The notes under the pieces are model-generated. The model saw only the letters and a program-made list of their open reading frames with translations. It searched no databases and was not told the DNA's origin. Below are positions 48,120 through 57,338 of a stretch of 64,000 nucleotides of DNA, one piece after another (position 1 is the first letter of the stretch; every line of letters begins with the position of its first letter). Position numbers and translations under genes: made by a program. The stretch comes from Dehalococcoidia bacterium (GTDB taxonomy: Bacteria > Chloroflexota > Dehalococcoidia > GIF9 > UBA5629), in contig JBEKIW010000002.1 in assembly GCA_050011565.1 (NCBI GenBank), forward strand, positions 1 to 64,000. The letters run 5' to 3'.

Positions 48120-48710
48120 CTATCTACCACAACAGCCACAACCACCAGTTGGGCGAGGCTGGGTAGCGGGACTATTCTGAATTCCCGTTCCGCAGCAACC
48201 TGCGCCTGTCTGTCCGAGTGCGGGAGATGTCGTCTGATTGCCTACCGCGCAGCAACCGGCAACAGTCTGACCGGGTATAGCAGGCAGTTGATTAACGGGC
48301 CCGGCTGCTATCGACTCAGCTACGACAAATTGACTGACAAGCTGACCTAAGGAAACTTTGTATGTTCCCGGTGCATCCTTGAATATCACGAAGGTCAAAG
48401 TCTGGGTTTTTCCGGCAGGCACCAACACTTTGTCCGAAGACTCGGTAACATTGTTTATCTTGAGTTCCGACTTATAAGTATCATCAACACTGGTAACATT
48501 TGTTACCTCAGCAGTTATGACTACTTCGTCTCGGGCAGCAACCTCGGGTGGATTTATTGATAAGCCGGATAATTGAAACGCCGCCGCTTTGCCCGCTTCT
48601 GCCTCTGGCCTCGCGCCAAGTTCATTCAAACTGGTACATGACAGCATCAGTCCGGCAATGGCAAAAGTCGCTATAGGGAAAAGCACAATCTGTTTGGCTT
48701 TATTTGTCAT
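48120..48710 (-). CDS. Lipoprotein with CARDB/Ig-like domain and triple Cys-Cys tail ending GGCGCCGR
   Basis: Lipobox MLS-C; LSINP.EV...VTN...GTYKV Ig pattern; ATGA overlap with the ATPase gene. Confidence 0.8.
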   Translation of the reverse strand: MTNKAKQIVLFPIATFAIAGLMLSCTSLNELGARPEAEAGKAAAFQLSGLSINPPEVAARDEVVITAEVTNVTSVDDTYKSELKINNVTESSDKVLVPAGKTQTLTFVIFKDAPGTYKVSLGQLVSQFVVAESIAAGPVNQLPAIPGQTVAGCCAVGNQTTSPALGQTGAGCCGTGIQNSPATQPRPTGGCGCCGR

Positions 48711-49399
48711 CTCTTTCTTGGCCTCCTTACTTTCTGGTTGATTTTCTTAACGATCTTCCCGTCTTGCAGAAATACCGTGGTATTGGCAAAATTGGCTATT
48801 TCAGGGTCGTGAGTAACCATAATGATGCCGTGCCCTTCTTTATGCAGTTGAGTAAACAATTTCAAAATTTCGCCACCTGTCTTCCGGTCCATATTGCCCG
48901 TTGGTTCGTCAGCCAGTATGAGTGACGGCATACTGACCAAGGCTCTGGCGATAGCTACTCTCTGTTGTTCACCGCCGCTCAATTGGCTGGGTTTATGTCC
49001 TGTCCTTTTCCCCAAACCAACCTTCTCCAATATTTCCAGAGCCCTGTCTTCCTCTTTGCCGGCTCCGCAAAACACCAGCGGCAAAAGCACATTTTCAAGC
49101 GCCGTAAGGGACGTGAGCAGATGGTACTGTTGAAAAACATAGGCAATTTTCCCCCGTCTAATATCGACTAATGCATTTTCATCTAAATTATCGATGCGCT
49201 TTTCGTCCAAAAGAACCTCACCACTCGTAGGACTGTCTAGGCCGCCTATAATATTCAAAAAGGTGCTTTTACCGCTGCCGGAAGGTCCCATAATGGCTAC
49301 AAAATTACCCTGTTCCACACTGAATGAAACTTTATCCAGGGCAACTACGCGAGCGGCTCCCTCGCCGTAAATCTTTGATATTTCTCTAAGTTCTAACAT
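48707..49399 (-). CDS. ABC ATP-binding protein (LolD/MacB type)
   Basis: GPSGSGKST, LSGGEQQR, ILADEPTGN, VTHD. Confidence 0.95.
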   Translation of the reverse strand: MLELREISKIYGEGAARVVALDKVSFSVEQGNFVAIMGPSGSGKSTFLNIIGGLDSPTSGEVLLDEKRIDNLDENALVDIRRGKIAYVFQQYHLLTSLTALENVLLPLVFCGAGKEEDRALEILEKVGLGKRTGHKPSQLSGGEQQRVAIARALVSMPSLILADEPTGNMDRKTGGEILKLFTQLHKEGHGIIMVTHDPEIANFANTTVFLQDGKIVKKINQKVRRPRKR

Positions 49400-49409
49400 A
49401 TCACTTACC

Positions 49410-50600
49410 TCACAAAGACCTGAAAGAATCTGCGACCTTAATCTGGGTGGCGCGAAATGCCGGATATACGGTGGCTATTACAGCTACAGCAATAGCCAGG
49501 ACCAATGCCAGGGCAAAATACTGGGGAACCAAAGCAATGGTCGTACCTTCAAAAACTAGAGGCCCTGCTATGTATGCCAACAAGGTTCCCACAATGTATC
49601 CTAAAATGCCCCCGATTATTCCAATGATGATAGCCTCGTAAATAAAGGCTTTCACTATCTGGCTTCGCGAAGCTCCTACAGCTCGCATTATCCCGATATC
49701 TTTGATTCTTTCATTGACCGAGGTCATCATGGTATTGACCACTCCAAACAGGCCAACAGCAAGTGTGATTCCGGCCAAAGTCAGCATGAACTTGCTCATC
49801 TTTTCCATCATCCCCATTTCAGTCGCCGCTATCTGTTTTACAGCAACTGCACGAACTCCTGGAATATCTTTATTTATGCCGTCGGCTATTGTTTCTACAG
49901 GGCAGGCGTTGCAAAGAGCTCGAATGTCTACCGATGAAACCAGACCCTCCCTACCGGAAGCCTTTTGTAGAGTATCTATCGGAACAAACACCTGATAATC
50001 ATCATTTGAGCCCGTCTCCTCGAGGATACCGGCGACCGTTACATTAGTTCCATCGAGCGGGATAACGTCTCCTATGTTAAGCTTCAAAATCTCAGCAGCA
50101 ATGGCACCCACCAGCGCCTGGTCTTTTTGTTCCAGATATTTCCCTTCGTGAACTTTCCACCACGTCTTGATTTTGATCTCCTCCTGCGGGTCTATTCCGA
50201 CTACCATCACCGATGTATCTCCTATCTTGGTATTGATGTACAGGTTTGGAGCAATTGTTGCAATATTTCCCTCGTCTTCTATCTTCATCGCCTTTCTTAT
50301 TTCACCATCAGCTATCTGTCTAATCAAGGGTAATTTTTCTTCAGAAATGTAGTTATCTCCAACGGCCAGCATACCAAGTCTCACATCGCCTAGCTTCATA
50401 TCCAAATTGTTTATTGCCGGTATGACTGCCAGATTAGGCCCATATTTCTCCAGCTGATTATATATTCTGGCTTGCCCGGCACTGGCAACTGTTAGTATAC
50501 CGACAACTGTCGCCGTTCCGATAATCACACCAATGGTGGCATACAATACCCGCCTTTTCCTTCGAATCACATCCTTCACAACCACTTGATATAGTTTCAT
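49410..50600 (-). CDS. MacB/FtsX-type ABC permease with an extracytoplasmic CxxC
   Basis: TM1, large external domain with RALCNACP, SVNER.KDIGIMRAVGA, 3 C-terminal TM helices. Confidence 0.92.
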   Translation of the reverse strand: MKLYQVVVKDVIRRKRRVLYATIGVIIGTATVVGILTVASAGQARIYNQLEKYGPNLAVIPAINNLDMKLGDVRLGMLAVGDNYISEEKLPLIRQIADGEIRKAMKIEDEGNIATIAPNLYINTKIGDTSVMVVGIDPQEEIKIKTWWKVHEGKYLEQKDQALVGAIAAEILKLNIGDVIPLDGTNVTVAGILEETGSNDDYQVFVPIDTLQKASGREGLVSSVDIRALCNACPVETIADGINKDIPGVRAVAVKQIAATEMGMMEKMSKFMLTLAGITLAVGLFGVVNTMMTSVNERIKDIGIMRAVGASRSQIVKAFIYEAIIIGIIGGILGYIVGTLLAYIAGPLVFEGTTIALVPQYFALALVLAIAVAVIATVYPAFRATQIKVADSFRSL

Positions 50601-50653
50601 CGTCTCTCCTTCCGGTTCCGTTTTGCCCTAATTTTTGAATATTAACAGCCAAC

Positions 50654-50681
50654 TATGAAGATATTATGAATTTATGATGAA
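50654..50681 (-). promoter_or_regulatory. Three 11-bp-phased direct repeats upstream of the ABC operon
   Basis: Plus strand TATGAA (50654), TATGAA (50665), GATGAA (50676). Confidence 0.55.
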
Positions 50682-50698
50682 AATCCGGTGAACCTTTC

Positions 50699-51853
50699 TC
50701 ACTTAGGTCTTAATTTGTGGTTAAGCGCCTGTTCTAAATCTTCAACCAAATCATCAATGTTTTCCAAGCCGACTGATAACCGTACCAGGTCATCGCTGAT
50801 ACCTATTTTTTTTCTGTAATCTGCGGGCATCGAGGCATGGCTCATTGTTCCCGGGTGCTCCGCCAGAGAAGCGACACCGCCAAGTGATTCCGCTATCTCA
50901 AAAACTTCTAATTTTCTGAGAAAGTTATTGGCTGCTTCCTGACCGCCTTTTAATTCAAAAGAGACCACTCCGCCGAACCCCTTCATCTGTCTCTTGGCTA
51001 TTTCATGGCCAGGATGAGTTTTAATGCCGGGATAAAACACTTTGCTGACCGCTTTGTTTTTCTGAAGATAACTTGCTATAGCTGTAGCATTTTTCTCGTG
51101 TTTTTCCATCCGCAGCGGCAATGTTTGAATTCCCCGGAGCACCAGCCAGCAGTCAAAAGGCGAGGCACAGGTTCCCATAGCATTGAGTAAAAATTGAACT
51201 CTCCGGGTCAACTCATCAGTAGTAGTGATGACAGCGCCGCCGACCACATCGCAATGCCCGTTAAGATACTTGGTTGTGGAATGGACCACCAGGTCGACCC
51301 CGTATTCAATGGGTCGGAAAAAATACGGAGTGGCAAATGTATTATCGATAACGGTTAAAATGTTACGTTTCTTAGCAATGCCTACCACCATCTCAACATC
51401 GGTTATATTAAGTAACGGATTCGATGGCGTCTCTATCCATATTATCCTGGTATTTGGTTTTATGGCTCGTTCAATGGCCTGTCTATTATTCATTCTCAGG
51501 AAGGTAACCTCTAGACCCAGCTCAGACATTACATCTTGAAATAGCCTGTAAGTGCCTCCATAGACATCGTCGGCTGATATTACATGGTCGCCTGCCTTCA
51601 AAAGGTGCGCCACCGTCGTCTCGGCCGCCATGCCGGTGGCAAAAGCAAATCCCGCTTTCCCACCTTCGAGTTGGGCAAGGGTGTCCTCCAAAACTTTTCT
51701 CGTCGGATTGGCTGTTCGAGAATAATCATAGCCCCTCGTTTTACCCACATCTTCAAAGGCAAAGGTCGATGTTTGATAAATAGGCACCGAGACAGCACCG
51801 CATGTCTTATCCGGCCTTTCTCCGGCATGAATGGCCAACGTTTCAAATCTCAT
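50699..51853 (-). CDS. Cystathionine gamma-synthase/lyase (Cys/Met PLP family)
   Basis: PIYQTSTF, YSRTANPT, ETPSNP, DNTFATP, HSTTKY, AESLGG. Confidence 0.93.
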   Translation of the reverse strand: MRFETLAIHAGERPDKTCGAVSVPIYQTSTFAFEDVGKTRGYDYSRTANPTRKVLEDTLAQLEGGKAGFAFATGMAAETTVAHLLKAGDHVISADDVYGGTYRLFQDVMSELGLEVTFLRMNNRQAIERAIKPNTRIIWIETPSNPLLNITDVEMVVGIAKKRNILTVIDNTFATPYFFRPIEYGVDLVVHSTTKYLNGHCDVVGGAVITTTDELTRRVQFLLNAMGTCASPFDCWLVLRGIQTLPLRMEKHEKNATAIASYLQKNKAVSKVFYPGIKTHPGHEIAKRQMKGFGGVVSFELKGGQEAANNFLRKLEVFEIAESLGGVASLAEHPGTMSHASMPADYRKKIGISDDLVRLSVGLENIDDLVEDLEQALNHKLRPK

Positions 51854-51935
51854 ATTCCACCTCCGTCACCGAAATTACTCATAATATTATCTTGATCTTT
51901 TTTAACTCGTCTTTAGTAACTGCTATGTCATGGGC

Positions 51936-52865
51936 TCAAATACCCTGAAAAAGCCAGGTGGATATATAACGCTCACCCGTGTCAGGTAAAATAACCACAA
52001 CGAGCTTACCCTTATTCTCCGGCCTTTTGGCAACCTCCAGAGCCGCCCAGGTTGCTGCGCCGGAGGAGATGCCCGCCAGTATACCCTCTTCTTTGGCTAA
52101 CCTTCTGGCTGTCGCACCGGCATCATCATTGGTTACTTTAATGATTTCGTCGACCAATTCCAGTTTCAATACTTCCGGAACAAAACCGGCGCCGATGCCC
52201 TGTATTTTATGAGGTCCGGGTTTGCCACCGGAAAGGACCGGCGAATCGGTAGGCTCGACAGCTACAACCTTAAATTCAGGTTTCCTCTTCTTTATTACTT
52301 CACCCACACCGGTGATAGTGCCACCCGTACCAACACCGGCAACCAGAATGTCTATCTTGCCATCCGTATCTTTCCAAATCTCCTCAGCCGTGGTCTCACG
52401 ATGGATTTTGGGATTGGCCGGATTTTTAAATTGCTGCGGCATAAAGTAATTTCTGTTTTCAGCTGCTAGCTGTTCTGCTTTCCGTATTGCTCCAGGCATG
52501 CCTTCTACCCCGGGCGTCAGCACCAGTTCGGCACCAAATATAGAGAGAATATGCCTCCGCTCTATCGACATCGTTTCCGGCATAGTCAGTATCAACCGGT
52601 AGCCACGCGAGGCACAGACAAAGGCAAGAGCAATACCGGTGTTTCCGCTGGTAGGCTCGATAATTACCGTATCCTTTTTTATCAAACCATGCTCTTCAGC
52701 AGCCCTAATCATTGACACAGCAATCCTGTCCTTAACGCTGCTGCAAGGATTAAAGGACTCCAGCTTGGCTACAACTTCGGCACTGGCACCTCGAGTCAGC
52801 CGATTTAATCTAACGAGAGGGGTATTGCCTATAAGCCCCGTAATGTCTTTTGCTATCTTTGCCAT
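51936..52865 (-). CDS. cysK: Cysteine synthase A
   Basis: [38 protein letters not shown]. Confidence 0.96.
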   Translation of the reverse strand: MAKIAKDITGLIGNTPLVRLNRLTRGASAEVVAKLESFNPCSSVKDRIAVSMIRAAEEHGLIKKDTVIIEPTSGNTGIALAFVCASRGYRLILTMPETMSIERRHILSIFGAELVLTPGVEGMPGAIRKAEQLAAENRNYFMPQQFKNPANPKIHRETTAEEIWKDTDGKIDILVAGVGTGGTITGVGEVIKKRKPEFKVVAVEPTDSPVLSGGKPGPHKIQGIGAGFVPEVLKLELVDEIIKVTNDDAGATARRLAKEEGILAGISSGAATWAALEVAKRPENKGKLVVVILPDTGERYISTWLFQGI

Positions 52866-52887
52866 TAATTAATCTCCCGACTTTCTT

Positions 52888-53334
52888 TCAAATGTCATAC
52901 ATCAACATATCTACGACTTTTTTCTTCTTTTGCATCTCTACCAGATCCTGTAAGGTTTTAGATTCCAGAACTCCATCCATTGCCTTCTTTAGTTCAATCC
53001 AGACGTCGCGCGTGGCACAAAGTTCAGAACGTGAGCAAACTTTAGGATCATTAATACAGTCGACCAGTGCAATTGAGCCTTCAAGCAGTCCCAGTACTTC
53101 GCTGAGCTTCACCTGCTGAGGTGGTCTGGCCAGCTGAACTCCACCATGTGCGCCCCGGGTGCTTCTTATCATCCCCACCGATATCAATGGAGCAATTATA
53201 TGCTCTAGATAGAGCAGCGAAATTTGCTGTCTCCGGGCAATGTCCTTTAATGGAATTGGCTCTTTCCCATCATGCAGCGCTAAATCCAACAGCACCCTCG
53301 TTCCGTACCGACCTCTGGTAGATAGCTTCATCAT
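52888..53334 (-). CDS. Rrf2 family regulator with three Cys (IscR-like)
   Basis: STRGRYG, YLEHI, STRGAHGG, C-x6-C-x5-C. Confidence 0.92.
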   Translation of the reverse strand: MMKLSTRGRYGTRVLLDLALHDGKEPIPLKDIARRQQISLLYLEHIIAPLISVGMIRSTRGAHGGVQLARPPQQVKLSEVLGLLEGSIALVDCINDPKVCSRSELCATRDVWIELKKAMDGVLESKTLQDLVEMQKKKKVVDMLMYDI

Positions 53335-53344
53335 CCCACCTTGT

Positions 53345-53397
53345 TATGTTGAGTATTTTAGTCAACATAGTATAGAATACAAGTAAAAAAATGTCAA
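53345..53397 (-). promoter_or_regulatory. sigma70 promoter with an IscR type-1-like palindromic operator
   Basis: TTGACA, 17 bp, TATACT; TATGTTGA-N9-TCAACATA at 53345-53369. Confidence 0.8.
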
Positions 53398-53522
53398 GTT
53401 TCTGTGTGTGGTGCTAAGATTTTTAGCTCGCCCGGACATCTCCTACAACGGTCATAACACCTTTTCCACGTATTTGCATCCTCTGCCCTCTTGCTTTATC
53501 ATACTGACATAGCCGAATCGAA

Positions 53523-55679
53523 ATGGATAATAGCTCTCTCTTACGAAAAGCAAAGGAATATTTGCCTCCGGAGAAGGTGGCTTTAGTTAAAGCCGCTTAC
53601 GAATTCGCCTTGAACGCCCATAAGGGGCAGGTACGGAAATCCGGCGACCCCTATCTAGACCACCCGTTACAAACAGCTACAATGTTAGCGGAACTTCAGC
53701 TTGATGCCACTACCTTAGCCGCAGCCTTACTACACGATGTGCCGGAAGACTGCGGAGTGCCCATGGCAGAAATCGAGGCTAAATTCGGGCCTGAGGTAAG
53801 CAAGCTTGTCGATGGCGTAACCAAGCTGGGTAAATTATCCTTACACCGCGGTGAAGCCAAAAAACGAGAATCTCAGGCCCAGAACCTGCGCAAGATGCTT
53901 ATAGCCATGGCAGAGGACTTGAGGGTGGTGTTCATAAAACTAGCCGACAGGCTGCACAATATGCATACTTTAGCCGCCCTGTCACCGGAGAAACGGCGCA
54001 GCATTGCTCAAGAGACACTGGAGATATATGCACCTCTTGCCCACCGCCTGGGTATCTGGCAAATAAAGTGGCAACTGGAAGATTTGGCTTTCCGTTATCT
54101 GGAACCGCGCCAATATCATAGAGTGGCACGCTTGATAGCCACTCGTCGGACACAACGAGAGGTCTTTATAAATGAGATTGCCGAGACAGTAAAGCAAGAA
54201 CTGGATAAGGCTGACATAAAAGCAGAAATCATAGGCAGGCCGAAGCACCTCTACAGTATCTACAATAAACTTAACCGATATGCAGCTCAAGGCAGGGATT
54301 TCAACGACATTCATGACCTCTTTGCTTTCAGGATACTAGTTGATACAATCCCGGATTGTTATAAAGCGCTAGGCGTCATCCAAAACTTGTGGCATCCTTT
54401 TCCAGAAGAGTTCAACGACTTCATCGCTAATCCTAAAGACAACGGATATCAGTCATTGCACACTACGGTGCTATGTCAGGGCACAACTCCGCTAGAAATA
54501 CAAATTCGCACCCATGCCATGCACCGAAGCGCTGACTTCGGCGTGGCGGCACACTGGCGCTATAAGGAAGGCGCCAGCCAGGACACGCAGTTTGAAGACA
54601 AGATAGCCTGGTTGCGCCAGTTAAATGAGTGGCAGAGCGAGCTTGGCAGTGAGGAATTCCTCGAATCCTTAAAAACTGAGGTCTTCATTGACCAGGTCAT
54701 TGTTTATACCCCCAAAGGCGAAATAAAAGCTCTACCTAAAGGCGCCACCCCACTGGATTTCGCCTATCGCATCCATACCGAGTTGGGACACCGCTGCATA
54801 GGCGCCAAGGTGAACGGCAGGCTGGTGCCTTTGAACTACGAGCTGAAAAATAGCGAGATTATAGACATTATGACCGCCAAGGCTGGGAAAGCACCCAGCC
54901 TTGACTGGCTTAACCCCGATTTAGGATTTATCAAGACTTCTCACGCCCGAGAAAAAATCCGACAATGGTTTAAAAAGCAGGAAAGAACACAGAATATAGA
55001 ACGCGGCAAGCAGATTCTAGAAAGAGAACTCAAGCGGCTAGATATAACCATAACCAATATAGAAGAAACAGCACGCATATTCAATTGCGAAAGTGCCGAC
55101 GATTTTCTGGCAGCTATTGGCTATGGTGGTATAACTCCACACCAATTGGCGCTCAAGCTCGCTATTGAACCGGAAGAAATCCCTGCTATAACCAGAACCG
55201 CACGCACTGAGAAAACGACTACTGCCGGAATTCAGGTCCTGGGCGTGGGCGACTTACTCACTCAATTAGCTCCCTGTTGCAATCCTTTGCCTGGAGACCA
55301 CATTATCGGTTATATTACTCGGAGCCACGGGATTACGGTGCACCGCAAGGACTGCATCAATGTCATCAATGTAGAGGATAAAAAGCGACTCATCGAGGTG
55401 AGCTGGGGCGAGATACAAGATGTATACCCCGTCGATATTCAAATCGATGCCTGGGACAGAGTAGGATTGCTCCGGGATGTCACGACTGTTATTGCCGAGG
55501 TTAAAGTAAATATATCGAGTATGAGCACAACATATCACAACGAAATTACCTCTACATTTGCTACTCTTGAAATCGCAAACATGGCTCAATTAACACAACT
55601 ACTTTCCAAAATACAGGGTGTGCGTGGTATTATAAGCGCCACCAGAATAAGCCACGCCAAAGCCAGTCTTAGTTCTTAG
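53523..55679 (+). CDS. rel: Bifunctional (p)ppGpp synthetase/hydrolase
   Basis: LLHDVPED, KLADRLHN, NGYQSLHT, EIQIRT, TGS and ACT domains. Confidence 0.96.
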   Translation: MDNSSLLRKAKEYLPPEKVALVKAAYEFALNAHKGQVRKSGDPYLDHPLQTATMLAELQLDATTLAAALLHDVPEDCGVPMAEIEAKFGPEVSKLVDGVTKLGKLSLHRGEAKKRESQAQNLRKMLIAMAEDLRVVFIKLADRLHNMHTLAALSPEKRRSIAQETLEIYAPLAHRLGIWQIKWQLEDLAFRYLEPRQYHRVARLIATRRTQREVFINEIAETVKQELDKADIKAEIIGRPKHLYSIYNKLNRYAAQGRDFNDIHDLFAFRILVDTIPDCYKALGVIQNLWHPFPEEFNDFIANPKDNGYQSLHTTVLCQGTTPLEIQIRTHAMHRSADFGVAAHWRYKEGASQDTQFEDKIAWLRQLNEWQSELGSEEFLESLKTEVFIDQVIVYTPKGEIKALPKGATPLDFAYRIHTELGHRCIGAKVNGRLVPLNYELKNSEIIDIMTAKAGKAPSLDWLNPDLGFIKTSHAREKIRQWFKKQERTQNIERGKQILERELKRLDITITNIEETARIFNCESADDFLAAIGYGGITPHQLALKLAIEPEEIPAITRTARTEKTTTAGIQVLGVGDLLTQLAPCCNPLPGDHIIGYITRSHGITVHRKDCINVINVEDKKRLIEVSWGEIQDVYPVDIQIDAWDRVGLLRDVTTVIAEVKVNISSMSTTYHNEITSTFATLEIANMAQLTQLLSKIQGVRGIISATRISHAKASLSS

Positions 55680-55692
55680 AAAGGAGACAGGA

Positions 55693-55992
55693 TTGCCCAA
55701 AAGTATATCAGCGAAAAAAACGGCACGGACAGCAGAAAGAAAGCGACTTCGAAATAAGTCTCTTAAAAGTGCTACCAAGACCCATTTAACCCGGGCACAG
55801 AAGCTTATTGCAGGCAACGAGCTTGAGGCGGCACAACAGGCAGTTGCAGATACGATAAGCGCCCTTGACAGAGATGCCAAGAAGGGGGTCATTCATCGAA
55901 ATACGGCTGCAAGACGGAAGTCACGCCTAATGAAAAAGTTTAATCAAGCCAAGCTTTCCGGCACTGCTCAACGCAAGACTGACAAAGCCTGA
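55693..55992 (+). CDS. rpsT: 30S ribosomal protein S20
   Basis: SAKK.R..RLRNKS.KS; KGVIHRNTAARRKSRL; TTG start after AGGAG. Confidence 0.95.
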   Translation: MPKSISAKKTARTAERKRLRNKSLKSATKTHLTRAQKLIAGNELEAAQQAVADTISALDRDAKKGVIHRNTAARRKSRLMKKFNQAKLSGTAQRKTDKA

Positions 55993-56028
55993 AAAAACTA
56001 TTTTGACTAATTTGCGCCACTATTCATT

Positions 56029-56673
56029 ATGACTCCTAAAGCGCTGTCACCAAAACAGGGACGTATACTCCAGTTCATCCGGAAATTTATCGATACCAGA
56101 GGCTATCCACCCACGGTCAGAGATATCGTTGGTGGCTGCAAGATAAGCTCTACCTCGGTGGTTGCCTATAACTTGGCCAGGCTGGAAACAGCAGGATACA
56201 TTCGCCGCCACGCCGACATATCACGCGGCATAGAAGTTGTGGCAAATCAGCCGGGTAACCGCCACAATGTCACTATACCGGTAATCGGCGAAATAGCCGC
56301 CGGTGAGCCGATACCGGTTCCTCAATCGGACACCTGGGAAACTGTTGCCCCCGAAGAACTGGTCATCACTGAAGATTTGACACGTGGCAAACAGAGAGTC
56401 TACGCTCTCAGGGTGAGAGGGAACTCAATGATTGACGCACTGATAAAGGACGGCGATATTGTTTTAATGGAGTATGTAACCAGTGCTGAAAATGGCGACA
56501 TGGTAGCTGTCTGGCTCAAGGCCGAAAAGGAAGTTACCCTCAAAAGACTGTTCAGAGAGACCAACCGTATCCGACTCGAACCGGCTAATACTCAGGTGCA
56601 ACCCATCTATACCGCCCCGGATAATGTGGAGGTTCAGGGTAAGGTAATTACCGTTATTCGTCAGCTAGTCTGA
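56029..56673 (+). CDS. lexA: SOS repressor
   Basis: GYPPTVRDI, IAAGEP (Ala-Gly cleavage site), GNSM, TLKR. Confidence 0.95.
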   Translation: MTPKALSPKQGRILQFIRKFIDTRGYPPTVRDIVGGCKISSTSVVAYNLARLETAGYIRRHADISRGIEVVANQPGNRHNVTIPVIGEIAAGEPIPVPQSDTWETVAPEELVITEDLTRGKQRVYALRVRGNSMIDALIKDGDIVLMEYVTSAENGDMVAVWLKAEKEVTLKRLFRETNRIRLEPANTQVQPIYTAPDNVEVQGKVITVIRQLV

Positions 56674-56728
56674 TGTGAATCTTCGGTTTGACTTTCAGCA
56701 GTAAAGTAAAGTAGTGTAAATAGGAAAA

Positions 56729-57292
56729 ATGCTGATTTCTCAGTTTCAAGCTGTTGGGCATGACCTCTGTGCCCGGGGTCTGGTATCCTCTCTCAGTGGC
56801 AATCTCAGTATCAGGCTGGGAGAACGCCTGTGCATCACCCACCGAGGCAGCATGCTGAGCCGCCTTGAAGAACATGACCTCGTGGAAACCGGAATAAATA
56901 AAAACGACCGCTTCACGCCCTTAGCCTCAACAGAACTGGCAGTCCATCGTTCCATATATAAACGGACGCCGGCTTCGGCCGTAGTCCATGCCCACCCCGC
57001 TTACGCAGTTGTCTTATCTTTTTCCGAACAGGAAATTATCCCCTGTGATGTCGAAGGCAGCCTGATATTACCAAAAGTGCCGGTTCTGGGTTGGAAAACA
57101 AATGTTAAGCCCGGAGAGCTTGCTGAAGAAATAGCCGTAGCGCTTATGACGCACAAAATCGTTCTAGTACATGGTCATGGAAGCTTTGCCGCTGCTCAAT
57201 TGCTTGAAGAAGCTTACCACTATACCACCACTTTAGAAGAAAGTTGCCGGCTTTTATACCTGCTTAAAACTCTACGAATAGAGTTCCGCTAA
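56729..57292 (+). CDS. Class II aldolase/adducin family protein
   Basis: SGNLS, ASTE..VH, VVHAHP, HGHG. Confidence 0.9.
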   Translation: MLISQFQAVGHDLCARGLVSSLSGNLSIRLGERLCITHRGSMLSRLEEHDLVETGINKNDRFTPLASTELAVHRSIYKRTPASAVVHAHPAYAVVLSFSEQEIIPCDVEGSLILPKVPVLGWKTNVKPGELAEEIAVALMTHKIVLVHGHGSFAAAQLLEEAYHYTTTLEESCRLLYLLKTLRIEFR

Positions 57293-57338
57293 CCTTTCAA
57301 CTTTTCAAATCAGCAGATAACCGGCGCCGGCAAAAAGA

